Positions 13,969-28,359 are shown, numbered from the stretch's first letter. The stretch is DNA of 64,000 nucleotides from Chiloscyllium plagiosum (GCF_004010195.1 NC_057719.1:35683092-35747091); one strand, 5' to 3'. Notes: generated by a model not told the origin, from the letters alone. A program made the numbers and translations.

Positions 13969-15517
13969 TTACAGTTGAGTCAAAACCTTTTAATACTTTT
14001 ATGCCAGAGGTAGATAGATTCTTGACTAATAAGGAAGTCAATAATTATCAGGGGTAGCTGGAACAAGACCTCAAGCACATCAGCTATGATCTATCGATAG
14101 TACAGGTGGCAGGAACGGCCAAATTACTTAAACCTGCTCCCAATTACTATGCTCGAATCACCAAGCTGTAGGATTCGTCATCAGACAGTGTGACATGCAG
14201 AAGACCTAACTTTTTTGAACTGCTTATCGCCATCACCACTGGTTATGCAACTCTATGTCCATTATCTAAGACTAAACCAGACCGTTTGCAACATGGCACT
14301 CTATTCAAGCTGTGCATCCAACGATATACTGTAGCAAAAACCATTTACTTCCACGTTCAACACTTCCCATTTCTACACTTTTGCTGCTGAAAATATAATT
14401 CATTCTTGCCATTGGCGAATTCCATTAATCTAATACTCTCTTGGGTATTTTCTGATCTTCTACGCTTCTAAAGTTACGCCCTTCCTCATACTTTAATTTT
14501 CTTTTATGCCACAAGATTCTCTGAAGCTTTATTCTTTACTTTAGCTTCCAGTGTATACCATCCTCACTTCAGTTCATTATTGGCAGATATACTTTTGGCA
14601 ATAAATGCCCTCTCCAAAATTGTCTACCTAAACATCAGTTCATCACCAAATTTTCTATTTAAAATTTTTTGTTACCAAGTTTTGATTCCACTCCTAATGG
14701 CTCCTTTTTAGTTCAGTATCTATTTTTGACTTATGCCTCTGTGAAGCACCTTAGGACATTTTTCTACCTTAAAGGAACTGTATAAGTGTAAGTGGTCATT
14801 ACGCTTTATTCTGTATTGTGATTGCATGCCAGTTGTGTTGATGGTGATTAGATCATGCGAGTACATTTAAAATCGTCCAATAAAGGATTAGTGTCAATAA
14901 TAAAGTAAGTTAATAAAGTTATAGAAATCAGAATCATAGAATGATAAGACACAGGAGTCCATTTGTCCCTTTTGTCTCCCTTAGCTCTGAAGTCTACTCT
15001 ACCAAATTTACATCCCACCTGCTTTCTCCTTATTTGAATCAAACTGCGTGCTGAGTTTGGACGAAGTTTCAAAGTTTGGGGCCTACTTTTTTTCAAAAGT
15101 TCTAATTGTTTACCATAGGACAATCTGCATGAAAGTCTAAGACAGACTTTGAAACAAACTGCACATTGGTTGGCCTGACAAATTTGCCAGGCACAGATCT
15201 CAGCAGATCAAGATTTGTGGTGTAAGCATAAATTCTCCTTTTAAAAAAATCCTGAAGTATAGAAAACACAAACAAAACTGTCTCATTATGTGTCAACATA
15301 TCATGGTCCTGAAAAATATTTCATCTGTACCACCGAAAGACCTCCTGAACAAAATGGTGTCATGATGATGCAAGGTTTCCAAAACAACACTGCTTCAAAA
15401 TCATTTTCTACACCACGGATATTTTGCACTGCTGTACTCAACAACTGAACAGGAAACATGAAATCAAATGTATTATTTCAGAGCAAAACAGCTCGTGTCT
15501 GACATGTCACAATGTTA

Positions 15518-15841
<324 letters not shown>

Positions 15842-16954
15842 TTAATCACATTTGATAAATTTAAAAAAAAATATTTTGGTACAGTTTAGCCACTGAAAAA
15901 ATACTTTAAAAATTTTCATGTCTCATTCTAGTTCAAAACTAATGGTACGAGCCTGTAACAGTCTTTTAAAATTAAAATACTGTTTGCACATAAGCTACAA
16001 ATATGATGCTCCAACAAAAGACAAAATTCACTTCAGTGCATTGATAAGTAACTGCCATTTTAAACTATTTTAAATAAAATGGAATTTGGCCTTTGAGAAT
16101 CCAACAAATTTCTATACAGTTATGCACATGTAAACTAAATATTTGATCTGGGGACCAGAATGTCGATTGCAACAATGTAGCATTTAAGCATTGTTACATC
16201 ACTTGTGTTTATTTTTTTAAAATCTCTTTATTTAGACTTCTGAATGGGTGCAACGGTCAATACCAGATATTCTGATTTAATTCTTAGGAACTAAATATCG
16301 CATTTGGAACAGAAAAATACTATTACTTTACAAACATACAGACTTAAGATAACCAAAAAGACCCCAGGAAAACAATCTTAATTATTCTTCTCAAAGAAGC
16401 CAATCCTTTAAGAGTGCAAAATACAAAAAAAAGTGAACGTCATTTAACAAAAAAGAACAAAGTTGGAAATGGGTTATGAAGTCTGCACTCAGTGGCCTCT
16501 GATCTGGAGCGACAACATTTTGAACACATCACTCTACTCCAAAAAAAAAGTTGCAGTCTTTTTCTGTGTTCTGACTAAACGTTTTAAGTGTTCTCGAAAG
16601 GTGATGGTTACCTTGTAAATTGCAGTTTTCAATAATACATGGAAGGCAAATCTCACTGTCTTACAAGAATCCATCAGAGTGTCAATGGATCTAGATGGTT
16701 TGCTGGAGGCATGAGGCACTTCAAGCGTTTGTATACAGCCTCCTGGACAGTTGGCAAGGCACACAGAATGAATAAAAATGTTGTCTGAACTACACCATGG
16801 CAGTCTTAATTCATCATAAAGGCTATTAAATTGTACTCCCATTACATCAGCCAACACTGACCTTGCTGCAGTACATCTGCTGATGAAACTTTCTTTCATG
16901 TCTGTTACTGCTGGATTTTTAATTTTTCAGTGCATATCTGGTTGGCTTTTAAAT

Positions 16955-17666
16955 ATAGAGTCATAGTGATGTACAGCACGGAAACAGACCCTTCGGTCCA
17001 ACTCACCCATGCAGACCACCCCCACCCCAGGGAAAAGACATGTCTATTTATCCTATCCACGCCCCTCATGATTTTATAAACCTGTATAAGGTCACCCCTC
17101 AGCCTCCGACGCTTGAGGGAAAACAGCCCCAGCCTATTCAACCCCTCCCTATAGCTCAAATCCTCCAACCCTGTCCACATTCTTGTAAATCTTTTCTGAA
17201 TCCTTTCAAGCTTCACAACATCTTTCTGATAGGAAGGAGACCAGAATTGCACGCAATATTCCAACAGTGGCCTAACCATTGTCCTGGATAGTCACAACAT
17301 GACCTCCCAACTCCTGTACTCAATACTCTGACCGATAAAGGAAAGCATACCAAACACCTTCTTCACTATCCTATCTACCTGCGACTCCACTTTCAAGGAG
17401 CTGTGAACCTGCAGTCCAAGGTCTCTTTGTTCAGCAACATTCCCTAGGACCTTACCATTAAGTGTATAAGTCCTGCTAAGATTTGCTTTCCCAAAATGCA
17501 GCACCTCTCATTTATCTAAATTAAACTCCATCTGCCACTTCTCAGGTCATTGGCCCATCTGATCAAGATCCCATTGTAATCTGAGGTAACCTTCTTCGCT
17601 GTCCACTACAGCTCCAATTTTGGTGTCACCAGCAAACTTACTAACTATACCTCTTATGCTCACATC
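16955..17666 (-). mobile_element. CR1 3' fragment
   Basis: ORFs 16905..17279 and 17292..17504 (VRPLLEYCVQFWSP, LHFGK). Confidence 0.9.
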
Positions 17667-17679
17667 CAATATCCTTGGA

Positions 17680-17840
17680 AGTTAAAAATCACAACACCAG
17701 GTTATAGTCCAACAGGTTTAATTGGAAGCACACTAAGCTTTCGGAGCGACGCTCCTTCATCAGGTGATTGTGGAGGGCTCGATCGTAACACAGAATTTAT
17801 AGCAAAAATTTGCAGTGTGATGTAACTGAAATTATGCAAT
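17680..17840 (-). mobile_element. PLE pseudo-LTR fragment (family C) with hammerhead-like motif at 17731-17768
   Basis: Minus strand CAC-CTGATGA-AGGAGCGTCGCTCC-GAAA-GCTT-AGTG. Exact 13 bp TSD CAATATCCTTGGA. Confidence 0.78.
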
Positions 17841-17851
17841 CAATATCCTTG

Positions 17852-18075
17852 GAGAAAGTGATGACTGCAAATGCTAGAGATCAGTCATAAAGTAAGGCGC
17901 TGAAAAAGTACAGCAGGTCAGGCAGCATCCGAGGAGCAGGAGCATTGACGTTTCGAGCATAAGTCCTTCGTTAGGATTCCCAAAAAAGGCCTTATGCCCG
18001 AAATGTCAACTCTCCTCCTCCTCGGATGCTGCCTGACCTGCTGTGTTTTTCCAGCGCCATACTTTTTGACTTTTA
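17852..18075. mobile_element. Palindromic PLE-derived element (family A, diverged)
   Basis: Inverted arms CAGCAGGTCAGGCAGCATCC.../...GGATGCTGCCTGACCTGCTG; TSD AATATCCTTG; catalytic cores mutated. Confidence 0.8.
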
Positions 18076-19766
18076 AATATCCTTGCTGAAAATGAGGATA
18101 TTCAAAACTCTAAGGTCTATCACCCAGTCTGACCTTACATACATTAATGAACTGCTTAACCAGGCCCAATATTAAAATTCTCATTTAAAAAAAAATCAAG
18201 GTTTCTAAATTTCCAACCACAGATCTCTAATTTCACACTTCGCCATTTCTTGAGCACCTTTGATTTTAATCATTCCACCACGGTGGCAAATATTTATTTG
18301 ACGTGCCCTAGGATGGGGAAATTGTTCTTTCTCTCCATTTGCCACTAAGATAATCCTTAAAACCTACCTTCTTGACCAAGCAATTGCATATGTACCTGTG
18401 TTATATTTTTGTATTGTAATACATGAAGTGCTTAGGGATATTTTATTATTTTAACACCTTCATATGAAGACATGCTGCTGTAAAATTTTAAAAATCTTAT
18501 TCGTGATACGCCCAAAATCAGATAATTACCATACAAAAAGTTAGCCAACTATACCTGTGCCAGCTCTTAACTGAGTAATCCAAATCTACTCAGCCTAATT
18601 TTGAAACAGCAATGATATACATGAAGTAAAAGAATTCAAAGCAATGACAAAAATATTTACTCTAATTTATATCATGATTTCATTTTCTTTATATGCACAA
18701 TAGATACCAAACTGAATAGCTTGGTTTGTTACATTTTGACTCTGGAATTGTGCAGATTTTTTTGAAGATATTATGGATAATAACAGATGGATGCCAAATA
18801 AAACTGAAATTTTGACAAAATAGTGATGGAAACTTTGATAAAGCTACAATGTGAATTTTATACTGTTTCAATCAATTGCTTAATGTGTACTACAATCCAT
18901 TTTCACATGATTTGAATCAATCAGAGGCTCTGCAACAAACTTTACTCTTTGAAGTTTTAGATAAAAGGTATAACTTCAAAGCCATTTTGATAGATTAAAA
19001 ACTAAGTTATTCAAATATTGACAGGTGACCTATTTGTTGATTCTTTCCCAGCAGAATCATTTTCTCAATTGAACCCTAAACCCATTTGCTTGAGGATATG
19101 GGGGAAAAGCGGGAACAGGCTACTGAATTGGATGATCAACCATGATCATAATGAATAGCATAGCAGGCATGAACGACTGAAGGGCCTGTGCCTACTTCTA
19201 TTTTCTACGTTTCCAACTTCAAACCTCAGCCAAATTCTCTGTTGTGATTCCCGTGATGTACAGTCTGTTTGTGTACGGGGGCAGAAGTGACACATTTAAA
19301 CTGGAGACTCTGAAGTCAGAGCAGCACAGCCAGAAGTTAAAACTATGATATGGGCCTGCCTTTCTATTAAGAACAACATTGAACAATGTTTTTCACATTT
19401 TACTGGCTAGTACATTTCCAATGACATACTCTCCATTCACTAACACGTCAATCTTTTCTTACTAACTGCACAGATTACCCTTTCACTATTAAGCAGCTTG
19501 CAAGTCATGAACCCACTACTTCCTTCCTGTGATTGCTAGATCTGTTATCCATAACCAAAACACTTGCATAACTTCCAGTCTTCAGGTTTTGTAAAGGTAA
19601 ACACCTGAAATGCTATAATCCATCTTTTTAATTTACAGGTTTGTAACTTGCTCTTTTATCTCCAATACAACACTAAACATATTGGCATTGAGCCCCAGGT
19701 CTTACAAACTACAAAGCTGCCTACTTTTGAGGCTTGTTTTTAAAAAAACTTTACTAAATATGTGAC

Positions 19767-19925
19767 AAAATTAGGATTTGGTCTTTTAATATGAATAATA
19801 ACAAAATTAACAATACAGCATAAATATGTGTTATAAATATTTATAAAAATTAGGATTTGGTCTTTTAATATTAATAATATCATATCATATTTATGCTGTA
19901 TTGTTAATTTTGTGTTATAAACATT
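19767..19925. repeat. Local tandem duplication with a 27 bp internal inversion
   Basis: A-B-C followed by A-B'-C; B (19802-19828) is the exact reverse complement of B' (19886-19912). Confidence 0.9.
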
Positions 19926-20095
19926 AATTATTTTATCACCTTTCGTCTGAACAGATATCAAAAGATTTTACATCCTTTCTTTTTTCTGTGGAATTCTGGA
20001 TACTAGCTTACATTGACACCTATGGTAAGAAGTTGCAAAATATGAGGTCTAACTGGAGTTACAATTAACTGATTAATCTGCGTCTTGATTAGAAT

Positions 20096-20403
20096 GATTA
20101 GATTAGATTCCCTACAGTGTGGAAACAGGCCCTTTGGCCCAACCAGTCCACACTGACCCTCTGAAGAGTAATCCACCCAGACCCATTTCCCTCTGACTAA
20201 TGCATCTAACACTATGGGCAACTTAGCATGGCCAATTCACCTGACCTGCACATCTTTGGACTGCGGGAGGAAACTGGAGCACCTGCAGGAAATCCATGCA
20301 GACCCAGGGAGAATGTGAAAACTCCACATAGACAGTCACCAGAGGCTGGAATTGAACCTGGGACCCTGATGCTGTGAGGCAGCAGTGCTAACCACTGAGC
20401 TAC
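20096..20403 (-). mobile_element. HE1-type V-SINE
   Basis: tRNA-like head, V-domain-like core and CR1-like tail GGGCCAAAGGGCCTGTTTCCACACTGTAGGGAATCTAATCTAATC. Confidence 0.88.
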
Positions 20404-20419
20404 TCTTCCCACCTATACA

Positions 20420-22345
20420 TGATTCTTGACACAATGTCAGCTCTACGATTTCCAACTTCTTGCCTCCAGCCGCCTTCTCTCCACCTTCTACACCAATTCT
20501 TCTACACCGCTATCATCTGACAGGAGCGTCTGAGAGTTCTTACTTTCTTCTTAGAAAGGAGGTTGGAACAGTGCCCATTTACTATCACCCTCCGCTACCT
20601 GGCTGCACTTGTTCTCAATTTAAACAATCTCTTCTTTTACTCCTTTCACTTTCTCAGAGTTAAAGGTGTGGCTATGGGTACCTCTAGGAATCCCAGTTAT
20701 GCCAGTTCCTTTCTGGGGATCCTCCCACAACCTTTTCTCTGGGAAATGACAACTGCTTTCATCCAAAATTGGGAAAATTAAGCTATTTTGCTTCCAATTT
20801 GCTTCCTTCTCTCACCTTCACCTGGAAAATCTTTTGACTCTTCCCTTCCTCGACATCTCACTTTTCATTTCTGTGGACAGATTATACCCATTACAAATGC
20901 ACCAACTCTCACAGTCACCTTCATTATGCTTCCTCACTAGCTGCGTAGTTGCACAGCCACTCAGGTTACGCACATGCCAATTAGTATACCAGCACATTGA
21001 CTTCAGGTTCTGGAAGCTGCTACCTCAAACATCCACAAGGTGGGGAAAATAAATTGACACATCCTACTTCTTGTAAGAACTCTATTTCATTTTCTCTGTT
21101 CCTCTGGCTGTATTGCACTTATTCTAATGATGATACATTCCACAAAGGTGTTTCCAGTATACCTTCCTTTGACTTTAACTGAAGACTCCCCACTGGCATG
21201 GTGGACAGAGCCTTTAGCCACGTCCAATTCATTTCCCACACTTCTGCTCTCATCTCCTTCCCCAACCCAGAATAATAGGGTTCTTCTTGTCCACCAGCTT
21301 CTGCATTCAAAGGATCACCTGAATCATTTCTGTCACCTCACTCAGACTTCTACCACCAAACACATCCTGCTCTCATGTCAATGATTCCCTCCATAACACC
21401 TTGGCATCTGTTCTTCCCAACACTTTTTTAATCTTCCTATGCAACTGCAAAAGGTACAATATTTTGATCATCATCTTCTCTCTCCTCTCTATCCAAAGCC
21501 CAGGTGATGCAGTGATTTCCTTGTACTTTTTTAAAAATTCATTCATGGGATGAGGGCATCACCAACCAGCCTAGCATTTATTGCTCATCCCTAACTGCCA
21601 GTGGGCAGTTTAGATTCAACCATGTTGCTGAGAGTGCAAAATCATATGCAGGTCAGACCAAGTCAGGATGGCAGTTTCCTTCCCTAAAGAGCATTAATGA
21701 ACCAGATGGGTTTTTCCTCACAATCAGCAATGGATTAGTAGTCTCTTAATTTCACTGAATTCAAATTTTTACCATCTGTTGGAATTCAAACCTGGATCCT
21801 CAGAACACTACCTGGGTCTCTGTATTAACAGTCCAGCTACTAACAATGCAGCGTCCCCTACACCAGCAAATCCAAATACAGAATAGGTGACTGCTTTACA
21901 GAACACCTCTGTTTTGTTTATGAGAATGACCTCGACCTTCCGGTTGCTTGACATTTCAATAAATTATCTTACTGTCAAGGTAACATTTGTATTTGAGGCC
22001 TACTGCAATGTTCCACTGAAGTCCAATGCAAGTTGGAGGAACAGCACGTAATTTTCCAATTAAGCACTTTTTAACCTTCTAGAGTTTAAACCTTCTAGAC
22101 CACTAAGTCTGTCCTCCATTTTAACAACTATCTTTCTATTTTGCAGCCATTAGCACACTCCATTGTATATTGATCTTGGGCACTCTTACCAACGCTCCAC
22201 TTACTACTTATTCGCCCTTTTCTAGAACATAGAATCCATTACTTTTCCAGCTATCTTCAATTCTGAAAAGTCACGATGGACTTGAAATGTTGGTTGATTC
22301 TCTCCCACAGATGCTGTCAAGCCTTCTGAATAGCTATAGCACATA
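20420..22345 (+). mobile_element. Decayed Penelope-like element (RT, GIY-YIG and pseudo-LTR remnants)
   Basis: KGVAMGTSRNPSYA (PLE RT motif GVAMGT.MGPSYA) and LPFLDI motifs; KLEEQH-like end near 22030; degenerate pseudo-LTR at 22260-22340. Interrupted by a SINE. Confidence 0.75.
21535..21850 (-). mobile_element. SINE family B
   Basis: Reverse complement of the 31620-31955 type (TTTCCTTCCCTAAAG..CATTAATGAACCAGATGGG). Confidence 0.75.
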
Positions 22346-22622
22346 GTTATATTTATGATTCAGTATGCATGGGTGACATTTGCACAGCTACTAATTTGGA
22401 GTACTGTGCATAGTTTTGCAGGAATACCATTCAAATTCCAATTGAGAAGTTCAGCCAAAGTGGTGCCAGTTTAACAAATGTGATTTGAAATATTTTTGCT
22501 TTTCCCATTGGCAGCCAATCAAAATAAAATAATTTTTACAGATATAGTAGATAAAAAGGCACATGTTCATTCCCTATCAAACATTAACTACTTATCCCTG
22601 GTCAAGAACAGTACAGTAATTA

Positions 22623-22892
<270 letters not shown>

Positions 22893-23319
22893 TCAAGGCA
22901 CAAACGTTAACTTTGTTTTCATCTTCCAACCACTTTAAAACAATCTTTAAGATGAATGTATTCAAATCAGGACTAACACAGCAAGCAAGTAGCGTAACCA
23001 TTTGAATGTCACAGTTAGCTTTATTACACAAGGGAACAAAATAGTTAGAGAAACAGGATTCAGTTACACAAACTTTGGAATTTATGTAGCAACAGTACAA
23101 GTGGCAACTACTCACAGCCTATGCTAAAAACGAGACAAATCCAATCCAGCTAATTACTCACCTACCAGCCTACTCTACGTGATGGAAGGTATTGGTGACA
23201 AGGTTATTAAGTGCTACTAAGCAAGAAGCTTCTCAGTTTCGATTCCACCTGGCTATTCAACTCCGAACATCAATACATGTTTAATGCAGACATGGAAGAA
23301 AGACTGAACTGAAGAGGGA

Positions 23320-24340
23320 AAGTAAGTGACAGCCTTTGACATCAAGATAGAACTTAGATGAGTGTGGCATTAAGGAACCTTAGGAAAATGGAAGTCAATG
23401 GGACACAGCACTGCTGGGAAAGGCTCTTCACTGATTGGAGTCATAGCTGGCACACAAGAAGTGCCTGAATCAACTCAGTTATCAAAATATTACAGAAGAG
23501 TTCCTGAGAGCACGCCCTTGCCCAAACTGCTTCAAAAGTAAGCATCCTTCTATCATTAAGTCAGAAGTTGGAATGTTTGCTAATGATTGCATAATGGTCA
23601 ACACTATTTCTAACTCTTCTGACACTAAAGCCATTAATAGTCATATACAGTAAAGCCCAGACATGAACCAGGTTTGGGCTGTTAAGTGGCCCAAATTCAT
23701 GCCTCATACAGGCTGGACAACGGCCGTCTCCAACAAGAGAGAATCTAATCATGTCCTCTTTGCATTCAATGAAATTAATATTGTCCAGTTTCTCCACAAT
23801 CAACATCTTAGGGGTTACCACTGTCGAGAAATTGAATTGGAACATCCCTACAAAACCGCAAGAGCAGGTCAGAGGCTGGGAACTCTATAGTAAATAAACA
23901 CATCTCCTGATTCCACAAAGCCTGCTCACTATGTACAATGCAGAAGTCAGGAATGTGACAGAATACTCTCCCACCTATTTGAATCAGTTTGGCGTCAACA
24001 CTGAAGGTTAACTCTATGCAGGATAAAACAGCCCACTTGATTGGCCCTATTCGCCAAATAAGCTTCACTTAAACTTGGAACAACTCACAAAGACTCCATC
24101 GATAGCAGCATTCAAGGCCCATGAACTCGTCACCTAGCAGGACAGTACATGGGAAGACTACCACCTGCAGTTGTGCGCCTGCATCACCCCATCCCCCGCT
24201 ACTGAGACCACGCATCCTGAATCAAAATTCTGGAACTCCCCAACTGTAGTCCAGGCAAGGATTCAAAAATATTATCTCAAAGGCAATTAGGAGATAGGTA
24301 ACAAATGATAACCTAGCCAGCAACCTTATCACATAAAAGA
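23320..24340 (+). mobile_element. Decayed LINE-B
   Basis: GTCAGAAGTTGGAATGTTTGCTAATGATTGCA and tail GGCAATTAGGGAGATAGG, homologous to 37190-38585. Confidence 0.72.
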
Positions 24341-27300
24341 AAACAAAATGCTAGATAGCTACCATTCATTACTTGTTACTAAAAAATACTATGCATTTCA
24401 GAAACTCGTCAATTTTACATAATGACCCATTCTATAGCTAGATGCATTATTTAGACAGAATTTCAAAACTATACCATGCATTCAAATGTGCTCTAATAAA
24501 ACTGTAAATTCATAAAAACACATGGGAAAATAAAGTGTCAATTTTGAAATGCATATGGTTTAAACTAATACATGAATGAAAAAGAACTGACGAGTGGCAA
24601 ACCTCAAATATTTGCTTTAGGTTAAGCTGTATAAAAACTGAAGTCATGCACCTGTACAGTACTAGCAACTACAAATCCCCAAATGCAGTTTTGATCAAAT
24701 GGTGATACAGAATTTGGCATATCTGAGGCCAATGTAACTACTGAGGGAAACAGTAAAATGCTCCAAAGAATAAGTGAGGTATTGTTGCAGTTTTCATCAG
24801 CAGTGACTTATTGGTTGAGCCACAAATCAGGCCATCTTTAAAAACAGCCCATAACCTGTTGGATAGCTGAGAACTGGTTGCAAGCAATCAGGAAACAAAA
24901 TACCCATGTTTCACAATGAAAATTTGAGCTTATGAGTATTGTATGTCATGGCTGAAAAAAAAAGGCAAGTTGAGGTATATGGCAGATATATACATAATTT
25001 TTGGGGCTAAAAGATGCTTTTTATACCATGACCTACAGTATGTACTTTTACTCCAGTGACTGTATAACCTTTCACCAGAGGAAAATGTTTCTGTGTATAC
25101 TTTATCAAACCTTAAGTTAAAGATTTGATTATATTACTTAATATTCCATACTTGAAAGAACATAAGCCAAGATCAGACAATTTGCCCTCGCTTTGACCCT
25201 TTAAAGCTCAAATTCTGGTGAAATAGGACTGCACCACTGAAGTTGATCACAACTCTCCCAAGGTTTGGTACCGAGCATGAATACTGTAATTCAACGGATG
25301 TTTCATCAAAATTCAATAAAAATCCTCACTTTTGTATACCTACTCTCTAGAGATAAAGACCAACATTCCATTGAGACTTGAATAAAAGGACCCTTAAATG
25401 CCTACTGTTCTTTTATACCTTCTCTCTCAAAATAGTCTGATTTAATTTTCTTGGATCTATAAGTAGTGACTTCATACTGAACTTGAATGACTACTGCGTT
25501 GTCCACTTAGTGTGCTCAAATACCTATGTAGCTTCTTTCCACATACACTACTTACCATACTCTCTAATGTACAATGTCTTATTGATTCATTCAAGAGCAC
25601 AACCCTTGGGAATACAACTGGTCACACCCAGCAAATCAGAAAGCATTCTCTTTATCTCTATTCTTTTTTTTAAACTCTCAACAAATTACTAACCTTTGCC
25701 TTTACTTTTCAAAGAAATTTGTGGTATACATAGCTATATGGTTGCATTCATTTAGATGCCTTTCATTTTTAATAATCTCGAGGTATTTCACTGTCTTCTG
25801 AAAATCTACATAGGCAACACTCATGCCAGACACCACTTCAAAAAATTCCAACTAAGCTAATCCGACTCGGACCTATACTTCACAGCTTAAAACCGACTTG
25901 ATCAATTCAGTCTTAAATTGTTGGAAATTGTGCCTCTTTAGGATATTACAGCTAATTAGAGAAACCAATTTTCATTTCCTTAATGATGTTGTATCCATGT
26001 AATGATTCTTTTCCAGGTTCAAAATCCCCGTGTCCCTCCAATCTTCTAATAAATTAGAGTCTTAACAATAGAAACCAGCATCTCAGGCCCGCTTTGTACT
26101 GCTTCCAAGTTCCATGATAAACACAACCAAACAACGTACTCAAGATGTAGTCTAAACAGACCACCATACAGTTCAGGCATAACTTTCTTGCATTTGCATT
26201 GCGCAGTTTTAACTAGGAGATTCAACTACCTTTTAGTTTTGGCCATTGGTATTCCAAATTGGTTTGACATGTTTAGCATCGACTATAAAACTCTTACCTT
26301 TTCAGCTTCACTTTCATGGAGTAAACAGTTTTCATGGAATAAATTAATCACAACCTGGAGGCAATTAACCTTTGCTTTTTACTTTTCAAAGAGATCTATG
26401 TACATAGCTAGTCAATTAATCAATTTTTTAAAAGGAGGGGAGTAATACACAACATATTATTCTGTTGCCAAGATGATGAAGTTGTCTCTCTCTTTCAGGG
26501 CACAAAGTCTAATTGTTAAACAGATAACAGTCTGGACCACAGTCCAGTCTCATTGTGATTTGTAGGAAACTCCGTTAGGAAGTGTTCAATTCTTTTCAAA
26601 CTCAGGTTAGTGCACCCACCATTCTGTGAATGTTACAAATAAGAAAGTCAGTGAGCAACATCTAGAGTACAAAATGCACACAGGATGTTGTTTTAGCTAT
26701 TAAGAAGTGTCTTAGACTATATTTTTCCAAAGTGACAAAGGTATCAATAAAACTATATTTCTTAATGTTTGCTATGACACTTTTGGAAGTTACTTTGAGA
26801 TTTTAGTCATGGAGACAAAGAAGCCACCAGTAAATTTCAAAATAATTTTAAAATGCATGCGTTGCAGTATTCAATAAAAGGCAAATAATGAGGAAATTAG
26901 CAAGTGAAGGGCTTCATCAAAGCAAACTGTTCAGCATGTGAAAACAAACCAACTTTGTGCTTTTATCAGTGTTATGTGATGGTAAAACATTCTATCAGCT
27001 AAGCAATAGCTTTTGTTCCTCAAAATAGCCATACCGATTTATATTCTAAGATAATCGCAGCGGACTTAAAATACAAGTGCAAAACATTTGGAAAATCACT
27101 GCAGACTAATTTTTGTTATCTGCTTTTTTTAAACTGAAAATTGATCACCATAGACAGGCAGTAGAAACATCTGATGAATTATCACCTTTTCTCGTAAACT
27201 AAAAGGTATGCAATTGTACATTGTGGATGCCTGCTAAACAAACCAATTGGCTGTCTAGAAGGAAAACAAACTAATTTATGTTTTCATGTTTTTGCAACAT

Positions 27301-27687
27301 ATTGTTATGCTTCTGGAAGACGATTTGAAAATAAATCAAATTTTACATGTAGTCAATTACATTTTTTTAAGTTTCACTTGTGAATCTGGACTGCACAGGA
27401 CCTCAATCAGATTGTCTGGCTATGTTCAAGACAACACTGACCAAACTACTGAGTAGGAGAGGAACAGAAGTATAAGGAGGGAGTTATTCAGATCCATCAA
27501 TCCATCAATCTCATACATTTTAAAACTTTTATTACTGAAAAAGCACACATTTATTAAGTTTAAAGTTTGGAAATGTGTCTCACCTATTATTAATCTCATT
27601 CTTAACATTTATCTAACTGTCGTCCACTTAAGTTGTTTGAATCAGATAAAATGTTCTCCTATCCTGCTGACCAACTTTAAGCTCCAC

Positions 27688-27779
27688 TCTGATGAAGAGT
27701 CATTAGACTTGAAACATTAGCTTGCACTCTCTCGGATGCTGTGTAAACCACTGTGATCTCCAGCATTTGCTGCTTTATG
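27688..27779 (+). mobile_element. Solo 92 bp PLE pseudo-LTR beginning at a hammerhead-like motif
   Basis: T-CTGATGA-AGAGTCATTAGACTT-GAAA-CATT-AG; TSD TTTAAGCTCCAC/TTTAAGCACCAC. Confidence 0.68.
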
Positions 27780-28359
27780 TTTAAGCACCACAGAACTTGG
27801 TGACATGAGAACACAAGAGATAGGAGCAGGAGTAAGCCTCAAAGCCTGTCACGCAATACAATAAGATTGTGGCTGTTCTGCCCCACGCCTCAATTCCTTT
27901 TTCATGCTGGCTCCATCTAATGCTCACTCTCCAATATTTCAAAAGTCTCTCCTCTTTAGATACTTTATGATTTTGCCTCCCCAGTTCTGATAGAACATTT
28001 CAGACACTTATTACCATCTGGGAGAAGAGATGCCTTCATATCTCAGTTTTAATTAATTGTCCCTCTATTGTGGAACTATGTATCCCAGTTTGAGACTGAT
28101 TCTAAAATAAATTTAAAATAAAATTTTTACGGATCACAAATATCTGTTCTAATCTAGCTACCGAACTGCTTGCGAGCAAAGTTATCACCATGAGAACTTA
28201 TTCACTGAAGGGTGACTGCTTTAGCTGTTCTTACTAATTTGGTAGCAGAACACACAGTAAAGATGATCTGGAATGCATAAACAGCCAAGAATTGAACCGT
28301 GCTTTAAAGTAAAGTCTGCCAATGTTTGGATGTAAACACAATGTTAGAAACCTAAAATG

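Noticed and set aside
16534..16899. 121-aa minus-strand ORF with [11 protein letters not shown], faintly like the pogo DDE motif PGGCT..QPLDV
   Set aside because: Single weak motif, no TIRs and no other catalytic motifs seen; an HMM search would be needed.
17945..18010. Hammerhead-like motifs at 17945-18010, about 33790-33830, 33935-33965, 54750-54782 and 61811-61850
   Set aside because: Core nucleotides are mutated (e.g. CTAACGA, CCGAGGA, CGGAGGA, GTAA), so these are treated as dead copies.
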